Source of the DNA: Squalus acanthias
Taxonomy: Eukaryota
Assembly: GCA_030390025.1 (NCBI GenBank)
Contig: CM059429.1
Span: forward strand, 145,328,001-145,392,000
DNA length: 64,000 bases
Direction: 5' to 3'
Below the pieces are notes generated by a model that saw only the letters and a program-made list of their open reading frames with translations, was not told where the DNA came from and ran no database searches. How positions within the stretch are numbered: the first letter of the stretch is position 1; each line of letters begins with the position of its first letter. Shown piece after piece: positions 1 through 11,020 of the stretch. Position numbers and translations under genes: made by a program.

Positions 1-996
1 TGGTTCCCTGCGCATGTTATAGCATTCTGCAGTGTGACGGTCATAAATATTCTTGTTTTCAAGTTAGGATTTCAACCTTTTTTATGTTTCTCTAATTGGA
101 GTAAATAAGGCTCAATGCCTACGTTTCTTCTATTATTACTAATAACCATGATACAATGCTAAGGTAGGAAATGGCGTTAGCTTAACAAAACTGCTTGTAA
201 GGATAATTAAAAGTTAATTAGGAAAAGACATAGAATGAAAGGAATTTGAGGAGGTTAAGGTATCCATCTTAAGATGGGCCGTTTGCTAGATGAAAGTAAG
301 ATAATGACCGGCTAAAGTGCGACAGCTCTGGCTTGGGCCTCCTGATTAAAAAGAGGGGTCAGGCCTTGTACTTGCTGTTTCAAGGAGGATAGAGACAAGA
401 GAGATAAGACACGAATTCCAAAGGAAGAACCTTCAGAAAGATTAAACAATAAGACAAATTGGATGAGGTAATAAGACCCCTTTTTTGGGGAGGACGTTCA
501 TCCAAGAATCGAGACAAAGAACCTGATGCCCCATTGGGTAATGAGGTTTATGGGGAACCTCTATAGGTTAAATGGTCTTGTCAATAATATGGCCTCAGGC
601 CCACCCCTAAAAAGAGAATAAAAGTAACACCGAGTGCTTGTCCACGCAGACGGTGAAGGGAGAGCCAAGCAGAAGTTGGGCTGGTCGAACGCTCTTTTAA
701 GAGTGATGCCATGCTCACCAACTTGAAGACTCCAGAGAGAGAGAGAGAGAGAGGGGCCGGAAGCCAGAGAACTGTTCACGCACGCCAGCCGTCTGTCCGA
801 TCTGGACCGGTACCAGCTGCTTGTCACGGTCGTATGTTTTTGCTGTGTAACTAGTGTGTTATATTCCATCTTAAACTCTGATTAAACACAATATACCCAC
901 CATATTGGTTTGCAGTCGATCCTGATTATTTGAAAGACCAGAGATAAGCCAATATCAACAACTTGGCTAATCTCAACAAATTGGCTCATCTCAACA
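1..996 (+). repeat. 5' LTR of ERV-like element (start lies upstream of the window)
   Basis: Position 1 aligns to ~15428 of the second LTR. 766-978 is closely similar to ~16215-16427. Ends in ...TCAACA followed by AAT and a PBS; ATTAAA polyA-like signal at 881. Confidence 0.85.
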
Positions 997-999
997 AAT

Positions 1000-1018
1000 T
1001 GGCGAGCCGAGCCAGAAG
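1000..1018 (+). promoter_or_regulatory. Primer-binding site, tRNA-Arg type
   Basis: TGGCGAGCCGAGCCAGAAG directly after the LTR. It resembles TGGCGAGCCAGCCAGGAG, the complement of the vertebrate tRNA-Arg(ACG) 3' end, with one insertion and one mismatch. Confidence 0.75.
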
Positions 1019-1152
1019 TGCAAAAGGGTTATTGTGGAGAAACGAGTCAGAGACAGACTTGGTCTATAACGTCACCACAAGGTGCCAGGCGTGATGATTG
1101 GGTAGGAAAACCTCGTAAGGGAGTGAGCTTTGTCACTGAAACCTAAAACAAA

Positions 1153-1685
1153 ATGGCGGGTGCTTATTATAGAGATAAAGTCGCGAACAGTCTCTCAGAG
1201 AAATTAGGGCTCCCGGGGGCCCAAGAGGTTATCGGAGTCGTCCAGAAGGACGGATGTAGTTACACCAAGCGCTTGGACGAGATAGCATTCCAAGTGAATG
1301 AGAAGAAAACTAAACTTAAAGAAGCCAGATATAAACTGGCTTACACAACCCACCTCTGCGCCAAATTGCGGAGACTTGAGAAATGGGAGATAGAGAGGGA
1401 AAAGATCTAAGCTGCATTCTAACCCATCTGAGAACTCAGCAAGGGAAGGGAAAAAACAGGGAATTAGGAAATAAGTTGCTGAGACAATTTAAAAGGAAAA
1501 AAAAGAAATTTAAAGTTGAAACTGACACTGAAGCTTCCAGCTTCTGTGCCAAGAAAAATAAAACACAAGATTTGCTGAGTGAAAGGAACCTTAAAAAAAA
1601 AATGCTGGAATTTCAGTTTGTGTTAAAGTGTGGAAGTTTCTCTGACTATGAATGTTTAAGAAGTTACAGTCTTCCTTTTGTCTGA
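1153..1685 (+). pseudogene. Possible degenerate gag N-terminus
   Basis: ATG in strong context ~135 bp after the PBS, basic coiled-coil-like translation, interrupted by stop/frameshift. Positional evidence only. Confidence 0.35.
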
Positions 1686-1705
1686 AAGTCTGTCTTTAAA
1701 AGCAA

Positions 1706-2425
1706 GGGCTGGATTTTGCCAGCCCTGGGGAGGCGGGACAGTTGGCAAAATGGCAGAATTTGGGGGCGGGTGCCCATCCCGCCTCCGTGCCATCTTGCCA
1801 GGAGGCGGGTAGCTGTCCCGCGCCGGGTCCCGTCTCCTTGGAGGCGGGAAGGGATTACAGCCACTTAACTGCCTGTTAACAGGTAGTTAACAGTCAGAAA
1901 ATAGGCTTATCATTTTGCCCACACAAGTGCGGGCTTCCCGAAGGCTCCAAACCCCGCCAAGGTCACCGAGGCGAGTAGTGGGTCTGCGGGGTCGGAGGGG
2001 TGCAAAAGTGCGCTGTGAAGGTAAGTGGTGGGTGCAAGTGTGGAGAGGTGAGTATCTGAGGTAAGTGGAAAGTGTTAAAAAAAAGATTACTTACCTTTGT
2101 TCCTTCCTGCAGGCTTTAAGAGTTGGGTATGTGAAGGGTCTCGCACCTCCGCAGCAGAGATGACAGATGGCCGTTGCATTCTCCAATGCAACAACCATCT
2201 ATTTTCTGCAAAAGAAAGAGGTTTGATGAGTTCTTGTATTCAAGAACTCATCAAACTACAGAGAATGTCATTGTTTGACAGCTTCACAGAGCTGCCACTA
2301 GGCGGACTTAACAAGGTCAATCAAGGGAAAATAGCGTGGGTTGGCCAGAAGTTGATGGAGGCGGACTGAAACCCAACAAGTGGGAGTCCCGCCTCCAAAA
2401 GCTCCCCATTGGCAAAATCTAGCCC
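1706..2425. mobile_element. Harbinger/PIF-type MITE
   Basis: TIRs GGGCTGGATTTTGCCA / TGGCAAAATCTAGCCC, the same terminus as the Harbinger at 54740. Confidence 0.75.
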
Positions 2426-2986
2426 AAAGTGTCTGTTATGTTTGTTTTAGCTCCACCCACTTCTGTGCATAGAGCTAAACGTCGCTTAACCCTTTGTAGT
2501 CTTGTCTTGGATTTGGAAGTTTTAAGAATGTGTGAATATGTTGAGTAAGTTCATTTTAATTTAAGATTGTACACCCAGAATTGTAAGAAAAAAAATCTTT
2601 GAACTACAATTTAACTTAAGCTGTTGTGGCAGAGAAAAACAAAAAGGTTGTTTTTAACAAAAGATTAAGTTTTAGTCTAAGATTTAACCTTGGAGTTGTG
2701 GTTGCTATGGTGACATTTCCAAAGCAGTTTGATTTGATTTGTTTAAATGCGAAAAAACTAATTTTCCTCCGGTTATATTCAGTATTTTTAGTCATTTGGA
2801 AAGGCATCTGAAGAAAGATAAAGAGAAATATGATGTCATTTATTTGATTTTTGTAAGCATGTGCTATTTTGTTTTATTTTATCTGTTCTGCATTGTGTTT
2901 AGTTAATAAAATAATGGTCTGAATTAAATTGGAACTATTGAAGTAAACTAACCTATTAAGGCACCAGCAGCCAGGCTCATGGCACC

Positions 2987-3538
2987 ATGACTGGCTCTGT
3001 TGCAAAGAAGGGAGGGAAAAAGAGTGGCAGGGCTATAGTAATAGGGGATTCGATTGTAAGGGGAATAGATAGGGGTTTCTGTGGTCGCGACCGAGACTCC
3101 AGGATGGTATGTTGCCTCCCTGGTGCAAGGGTCAAGGATGTCTCGGCGCGGGTGCAGAACATTCTGGAGGGGGAGGGGGAACAGCCAGTTGTCGTGATAC
3201 ATGTTGGTACCAACGACGTAGCTAAAAAAAGGGAAGAGGTCCTACAAGTAGAATTTAGGGAGTTAGGAGCCAAGCTAAAAAGTAGGACCTCGAAGGTAGT
3301 AATCTCTGGATTACTACCAGTGCCACGTGCTAGTAAGAGTACAGAGAACAGGATAGTTAGGCTAAATACGTGGCTTGAGCAGTGGTGTAAGAGGGAGGGT
3401 TTTAAATTTTTGAGGCATTGGAACCAGTTTTGTGGTAGGTGTGACCTATACAAAAGGGACGGTCTACACCTGTGCAAAGATGGAACTGATGTTCTCGGGG
3501 TAATTTTTGATAAAGCAGTTCGGGAGCATTTAAACTAG
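2987..3538 (+). CDS. CR1 ORF1 C-terminal SGNH/GDSL esterase domain
   Basis: Motifs VIGDSIVR, HVGTND, DGLHL. Confidence 0.9.
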   Translation: MTGSVAKKGGKKSGRAIVIGDSIVRGIDRGFCGRDRDSRMVCCLPGARVKDVSARVQNILEGEGEQPVVVIHVGTNDVAKKREEVLQVEFRELGAKLKSRTSKVVISGLLPVPRASKSTENRIVRLNTWLEQWCKREGFKFLRHWNQFCGRCDLYKRDGLHLCKDGTDVLGVIFDKAVREHLN

Positions 3539-6479
3539 TATGGCAGGGGGCTAGAAACCTATGTAGTGAAATAAAGGAAAGTGAAAGGCAGACAGAAATA
3601 AATGGTAAAAGGGTGAGGAACAAAAAACAAAGGGCCAAACTAATTCATAAAAAATGTGAGCATAAAAAAAGCCTGAGGGTTTTATACCTTAATGCGAGAA
3701 GCATCAGGAACAAGGTAGATGAATTAGCTGTGGAAATAGAGGTTAATAATTATGATCTAATTGGGATTACGGAAACATGGTTGCAGGGTGAGCAGGGCTG
3801 GGAGCTTAACATACAGGGGTATTCAGTATTTAGGAAGGATCGACAAAAAAGAAAGGGAGGAGGGGTAGCATTACTGGTAAAAGAAGGGATAAATGCAATT
3901 GAAAGGAAGGATATTAACTCAGTTAATACAGAATCTATATGGGTGGAGCTAAGAAATAGCGAGGGGCGAAAAACATTAATAGGAGTGGTATATAGGCCTC
4001 CAAATAGTAAAATAGAGGTTGGGGAGGGCATCACGAGGGAAATTAGAGAAGCGTGCAATAAGAGCACAGCTGTCATCATAGGTGACTTTAACTTACATAT
4101 AGATTGGACTAGCCTAATCAGTAAAAATAATGAGGAGGAGGAATTCCTTGAGTGTTTAAGGGATGGTTATCTGGATCAATATGTCGAGGAACCAACTCGG
4201 GAACAGGCTATATTGGACTGGGTACTGTGCAATGAGAAGGGACTAATTAGTAATCTTGTTGTACGGGGACCCTTGGGTCAGAGCGATCATAACATGATCA
4301 ATTTCTCACTCGAAATGGAGAGTGAAGAAATTGACTCAGAGACTAAGGTCCTGAATTTAAACAAGGGGAATTATGATGCCATTAGACGGGAACTGAGTAG
4401 GTCTGATTGGACAACGTTCCTGGGAGGACTGGAGGTAGATAAACAATGGCAAGCATTTAAAGATAGAATGACAAAATTGCAAAAATTGTTTATACCAATC
4501 TGGCATAAAAGGGAATCTAAAAGGTGACTCAACCGTGGATAACAGGGGAAATTAGAGACAGCATAAAATCCAAAGATAGGGCGTATAAAATAGCCAAAAA
4601 AAGCGCCAGAGCGGAAGATTGGGAACAGTTTAAGATAGAGCAAAGGAGGACAAAGGGCTTAATCAAGAGGGGCAAAATAGCTTACGAAAGCAAGCTGGCG
4701 GAAAATATAAAAACTAACTCCAAAAGCTTTTATAAGTATATCAAGAGGAAAAGACTGGTGAAAACCAAAGTTGGCCCATTGCAGTCAGATACGGGGGAAT
4801 ATATAACGGGAAATAAGGAAATGGCAGACCAACTAAATGCATACTTTGGGTCAGTCTTTACGAAGGAAGACACAAAAAACCTCCCTGGGATATCGGGAAA
4901 AATAGGGACATTTGCAAAGGAGGAACTGATGCAAATCAATATCTCTAAGGATATGGTGTTAAGGAAGCTAAAGGGATTGAAGGCGGACAAATCCCCAGGG
5001 CCTGATAACATGCATCCTAGGGTGCTGAAGGAGGTGGCCCGAGAGATAGCGGATGCACTAAGTATGATTTTTCAGAATTCATTAGACTCGGGAACAGTGC
5101 CCATGGATTGGAGGGTAGCTAACGTTACCCCACTATTCAAAAAGGGGGGTAGGGAAAAAGCAGGTAATTACAGGCCTGTAAGCCTTACATCAGTTGTGGG
5201 CAAAATGCTGGAGTCCATCATTAAGGATGAAATAGCGGAGCACTTAGCAAATGGGGACAGGATAGGACAGAGTCAACATGGATTTACAAAGGGTAAATCG
5301 TGCTTGACTAATCTATTGGAATTTTTTGAGGGAGTAACTGGTAAAATAGATGGGGGAGAGCCAGTAGATGTGGTGTACCTGGACTTCCAAAAGGCCTTCG
5401 ATAAGGTCCCACATAAAAGATTCGCAGGGAAAATTGAAGCTCATGGGATAAAGGGGAAAGTATTGACGTGGATAGAGAACTGGCTGTCAGATAGAAAACA
5501 GAGAGTTGGAATAAACGGCTCATTTTCTGAATGGCAGGCAGTAACAAGTGGGGTACCACAGGGATCTGTCCTGGGTCCCCAGCTGTTCACAATTTACATT
5601 AATGACCTGGATCAAGGAGTCGGATGCAGCATTTCCAAATTTGCAGACGACACTAAACTAGGAGGGGGGGTGGGCTCAGAGGAGGAGACCAGGAAGCTCC
5701 AGAGCGATTTGGACAGACTGGGTGATTGGGCGGATAAATGGCAGATGCACTATAATGTGGACAAGTGCGAAGTTATCCACCTTGGGTGCAGGAACGGGAG
5801 GGCAAATTATTATTTAAATGGCAATAAATTGGGAGAGGGGGAAGTACAGAGAGACCTGGGTGTTCTTGTACACCAGTCACTGAAGGCGAGCATGCAGGTG
5901 CAACAGGCGGTCAAGAAGGCAAACGGTATGCTGGCCTTCATAGCAAAAGGGTTGGAATACAGGAACAGGGATACCTTGCTGCAGCTGTACAGGGCACTGG
6001 TGAGACCACACCTCGAGTACTGTGTACAGTTTTGGTCGCCTCATCTGAGGAAAGATGTTCTTGCCATGGAGGGGGTGCAGCGGCGATTCACCAGGCTGAT
6101 ACCAGGAATGGCGGGATTGACCTATGAGGAGAGACTATGTAGTTTAGGGATGTACACACTGGAGTTTAGAAGATTGAGAGGGGACCTCATAGAAGTGTAT
6201 AAAATTCTGACAGGTCTAGACAGACTAGATGCAGAAGGAATGTTTCCCTTGGCGGGTGAGAACAGAACTAGAGGACATAATTTAAGGATAAGGGCTAAAC
6301 CATTTAGGACAGAAATGAGGGGGAATTTCTTCACTCAGAGGGTGGTGAACCTGTGGAACTCATTGCCACAGAGGGCAGTGTACGCCAGCTCATTAAATAT
6401 ATTTAAGAGGGAATTAGATATATTTCTACAGGCAAAAGGGGTTAAGGGTTACGGAGAGAAGGCGGGGACGGGATACTGA
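3529..6479 (+). CDS. CR1 ORF2 (APE endonuclease + reverse transcriptase), one internal frameshift near 4520
   Basis: YLNARSI, ITETW, YRPP, GDFN, SDH (endonuclease); QHGF, DFQKAFD, GVPQGS, FADDTK (RT). Frame is open from 3514 with no ATG before the endonuclease domain. Confidence 0.9.
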
Positions 6480-8771
6480 ATTGGAGGATCAGCCATGATC
6501 TCATTAAATGGTGGAGCAGGCTCGAAGGGCCGGATGGCCTACTCCTGCTCCTATCTTCTATGTATCTATGTATCTATGTACAATATGACCACAGTGAAAT
6601 TCTGGTTATTTTGAATTATGTGAGAGTTTCTAGTTCTGTACAAGAGATTCTCACATTTAAAAAATATTGGCAGTTGTTGAATTGGAATTTTGGGACATTT
6701 GAGGTAATTCTGCTTATTAAACATTTTGGTTGTGCTAGAAAATCTTGGGTTTGGAAACCTCTTAAAAAAAAAAGTTTAAAAACAGTTGGAGTTTAATCTA
6801 AAATGCTGCCTTCCCTGATGAGAATGTTTTATTTAAAGCTAATAATGGCAGCGTCACTAATGATTTCTGCTGTTTTAGCGGATTTTTTAAAATTCCTAAG
6901 GAAGTTTTGAAGGTGCAAAGACTTGGAAAAAAAGTTTCAATTGGGAAAGTTTTTTTAAATTTGTGTGAAGTGACGCAATTGCGTGCGTCTGACACTATTT
7001 GCTCCGCCTTCTTATAAACCTGCAAAGGAGTTAACCCTTTCTGCTCACAGCTGGGTTTTTTTGGTTCACCACACAACTTTTGTATTGCTGCATGAAATTT
7101 ATATATTGGACATTATTAAATTTAAGTTTCTTAATTTTAAGTGAATATTTCCCTACGGTGACAGAAGGAAAATTATGATTTGACAAATTAACCCCTTGGG
7201 CTCTGAAGCAAAGCCACAATAGATTCTCTGCTTTCTTTTGTTATATGGAAGTTACCTTGTTGCGAGCACTTCTGTCTCTAATGTTAAAACACCATGTAAA
7301 ACCATCAAGCCTGTTTCTGAAATTGGAATAGATAAGGTAAATTGATAAAAATAAAATTGATATGAGTTGCTGTTTCAAGAACTCGAGAAGGGAAAATCTA
7401 ACTGAAGTTTAAGGGGAAAGTCAAATTTTCATTAAAATAAACTGGTTGAGAGCAGTCTAGGTGGTCCTGCCAATTGCTGGGTATCAAGGAAGAAAGATTT
7501 TGGGGAAATAGAAATTGAAGATTGGCAAAGCCTGTCAGTCCAACAATACTGCTGTTTGGATTTGGGATAAGTTTGAAATGATAAAATGGATTCAAGCACA
7601 ATATATCGGGTTATTTTGGGAAATAAAAGATCCTCTAAAATAATGATAAACCAAAAAAAAGTGTTCATAACTTGGACTAAGTGGGAACATTAGATTTTTG
7701 TTTTAAAGATATTATGAAAATATTGTATTGGACAGTAAAGTTCCTCCAGGGCTCATGAATGAGATATGAATAGTAATTAATGGGAAGCCCCACTTAAGAT
7801 GCAAGATAGAAACAGGAAATGTTTCATTACACCACCAAATGGAAATTTTTTTAAATCATTTTTTAGGTGAATTGGCATAAATCACCTGGGTGCAATCTGG
7901 TATTAATGTACATTCTAGTGAAAGTCAGGAAAGTGTAGTTAAAAATAGTAAATTGATAGGTTTCTCTTGGAGACATTTGTGTCCTTGCCTATGAACTTTT
8001 TAAGAAAACTAAATGTGATAGTCTGGCCACTACCCAAGACATCAGGACCATGCAGAGGACGATGAGTAAAGATCTCCAGATGACTACGATCTTTTGATAA
8101 GATCACCTGAAAGCCCGAGAATGGCTTGTATCAGATGTCACGTGTGGCAAGTTATTGGGATTGTGCAAATGTGATTTGTTACATATGAAGCGATTAGCTT
8201 GCGGGAATGCGTGGTGAATTTGCACTGAAGAATGGGTCTCAGACATGTTCAGTTACTCGACAACAGCAAGACATGAAATGGTTAATGTGGCTCAGGAGAG
8301 TGAGACAACTTTTAAAGCATTTACACATATTCCATCAAGAAACTCTCATTAATGAAACAATCAAAATAGAGTTAAACACACTGGTACCTGTTAGAGGGAT
8401 TGAAATTGAAGTTGAAGTGGAGAGTTACATGGAATTTGGATTGGGACAATTGAGGGCTAGGGAGAAATAAATTTAGTAAGAATTATCCACAAGATGGATA
8501 AGAGTAAAAGCGAGATCTGGAGAATCTTTTAAGTCTTTTATTGATTAGATGTTAAACTGCAGCTTTTTAACAATGTCTGTTTTCTTTGTCTGCATCAGTG
8601 TCGCTTGAAATGTATGTACTTAGTCGACGTGCTAATGATTGTAAGACTGAATTATAACTTGTAACTGTAATAATTGTGTTTTGTAGGTAACAGAGCGTGG
8701 GAAAAAACAGTACGAATCCAGTATGAGGTGGTTTTGATGGTGCCTCCTGTGTAACTACTACCGCAACTACC

Positions 8772-9215
8772 ATGCTTTACGGGTCTAACAGGAACTGTCC
8801 CATCAGTTGCCCCAGTTTCTGCTTCACACCACATCTACCCACAACCTTCAACCAACACGTTTTACTCAATATCAAAACCTATGCTCAAGTGAAACTGACA
8901 GTAAATGAGATACTTAAGTATGAGCTGAACAATTATGTGGCACAATTCGGGTACTACAGTCCCCTGTTGTCTGAGGGCTTCAGTGAGCTCGTGATGCGAC
9001 TGAACTCCTCCCTAAAGCATTTTTACGTTTGGAACAAGACAACTCGAGAATAAATATTGAAATTGACAGCATAGGGGAAGATTCACACTGGTGGGATATT
9101 GGACTTAATGTATCAGCATACTCTTAGGTTTGTATTATTTCACATGCTCTGGTAGTTCTCCAACTTGTAATGATAGTGTATTTGATATATGTAACCCATG
9201 TAGTGAGATTTTGAT
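8772..9215 (+). pseudogene. env-like C-terminal remnant (Cys cluster, helical segment, HWWD motif, TM)
   Basis: 8772-9053 reads CPISCPSFC...SELVMRLNSSLKHF. After a frameshift: DSIGEDSHWWDIGLNVSAYS*VCIISHALVVLQLVMIVYLIYV, a Trp-rich membrane-proximal region and hydrophobic TM, in the env position. Confidence 0.55.
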
Positions 9216-9640
9216 ACATAAGCCAATTGTGTACTCATGCCTATGATTAACCAGCACTAACAAATTAATTGAGCACACCAAAAGAGAAGATCCGAAGCAA
9301 CGTAGAGGAGACCCCAGGCGGGGTAAGATCAGGAAAGATAGAAGAAACAGAGGATACACCAGGCGGGGCAGAATTGGAAAACCGGAACAGTGAACTGAAC
9401 CTGTGTGAAGGGTCGGAGGTTGCTCCTTCCCCTCAAAGGAGTGGACTGTAAAAAGGGGGGAAATCTTCATTTCTGAGTCTCCCGACTAACTAACTCCCAA
9501 GTTGAGAAAGCAATAAGTAAATTAGGGGACCATGAGTGGTGGAACGTAGCCTACAATGCCAGCGAGCATCCCTGGGCACGAATGGTATCAGCGGGCCTAG
9601 TGATTGTCCAGTGTCTGGTCTTAATGGCTCTTATTATGAT

Positions 9641-10713
9641 CATAGAAATTTACAACACAGAAGGAGGCCATTTGGCCCATCTTGTCCACGCTGGCCAACA
9701 AAGAGCTATCCACCCTAATCCCACTTTGCAGCACTTGGTCCGCAGCCTTGTAGGTTATGGCATTTCAAGTGCATATCCAAGTACTTTTTAAATATGATGA
9801 GAGTCTCTGCCTCTACCACCCTTTCAGGCAGTGAGTTCCAGACCCCCACCACCCTCTGGGTGAAAAGAATTCTCCTCAACTCCCCTCTCAACCTCCGACC
9901 AATTACTTTAAATCTATGGTCCCTGGTTATTGACCCTCTGCTAAGGGAAATAGGTCCTTCCTATCCACTCTATCTAGGCCCCTCATAATTTTATACACCT
10001 CAATGAGGTCTCCCCTCAGCCCCCTCTGTTCCTAAGAAAACAACCTCAGCCTATCCAATCTTTCCTCATAGCTAAAATTCCCCAGCCCAGGCAACATCCT
10101 TGTAAATCTCCTCTGCACTCCCTCTAGTGCAATAACATCCTTCCTGTAATGTGGTGACCAGAACTGCACGCAGTATTCTAGCTGTGGCCTAACTAGTGTT
10201 TTATACAGTTCAAGCATAACTCCCTGCTCTTATATTCTATGCCTCGGCTAATAAAGACAAGTATCCCGTATGCCTTCTTAACCACCTTATCTACCTGTCC
10301 TGCTACCTTCAGGGATCTGTGGACATGCACTCCAAGGTCCCTCTGATTGTCTGCGCTTCTCAGTGTCCTATCATTTATAGTGCATTCCCTTGCCTTGTTA
10401 GGCCTCCCCAAATGCATTACCTCACACTTCTCCAGATTGAATTCCATTTGCCACTGTTCTGCCCACCTGACTAGTCCATTGATATCTTCCTGCAGTCTGC
10501 AGGCTTCTACTTCATTATCAACCACACGGCCAATTTTTGTATCATCTGCAAACTTCTTAATCATACTTCCTACATTCAAGTCGAAATCATTGATATATAC
10601 CACAAAAAGCAGAGGACCCAGTACTGAGCCCTGCAGAACCCACTGGAAACAGGCTTCCAGTCACAAACACACCCTTCAACCATTACCTTTTCTTTCCTGC
10701 CTCTGAGCCAATT
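9641..10713 (-). mobile_element. CR1 LINE 3' fragment (RT C-terminus and tail)
   Basis: KFADDTK and RPQLEYCVQFWSP motifs, frameshifted. Confidence 0.9.
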
Positions 10714-10725
10714 CATTGATGTTAT

Positions 10726-11000
10726 TGTGGCTGCCGCGAAGCACGAATTGAGGCCGAGTCAATATGTGGAGCACATGGCTTTTAATTACATACTCCTTGG
10801 TAAAATGGCTGCTACAACTTCTCTCTGCAAAACCCTACTGGTTGAGGGCGACGCCCGCTCTTTTTAAGTTCACACTGAGGGCGACGCCCACTCCTTTTTT
10901 CATGCCTTAAAGGCAGCATGCGCCTTAGAGGCAAGGTGCCCGATTTATTGTCCACGGACGGAAAAGTGGATTGCGCCTGTTTAGGTGGCGATCCGCCACA
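10726..11000 (-). repeat. Gypsy 3' LTR
   Basis: TGTGGC...GCCACA termini; preceded on the - strand by a PPT (TGGGGGGAG, ~11004-11012). Confidence 0.95.
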
Positions 11001-11020
11001 CAGCTCCCCCCAGAATCCGC

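Larger units (their letters stand above)
2961..6580 (+). mobile_element. CR1 LINE, 5'-truncated within ORF1, nearly intact
   Basis: Esterase ORF1, APE endonuclease plus RT ORF2, 3' UTR and (CTATGTAT)n tail at 6558-6580. Confidence 0.95.

Noticed and set aside
955-1008. CRISPR-like repeat at the LTR end
   Set aside because: Only three 18-bp units with no unique spacers; explained by the U5/PBS junction.
4500-4530. Second programmed frameshift in CR1 ORF2
   Set aside because: No in-phase X_XXY_YYZ heptamer, and the - strand copy reads through this region in one frame (VPVKVKGGTNKPREP); more likely a 1-bp deletion or sequencing error.
6580-8700. pol of the ERV-like element
   Set aside because: AT-rich with only short ORFs; no YxDD, RNase H or integrase motifs recognisable.
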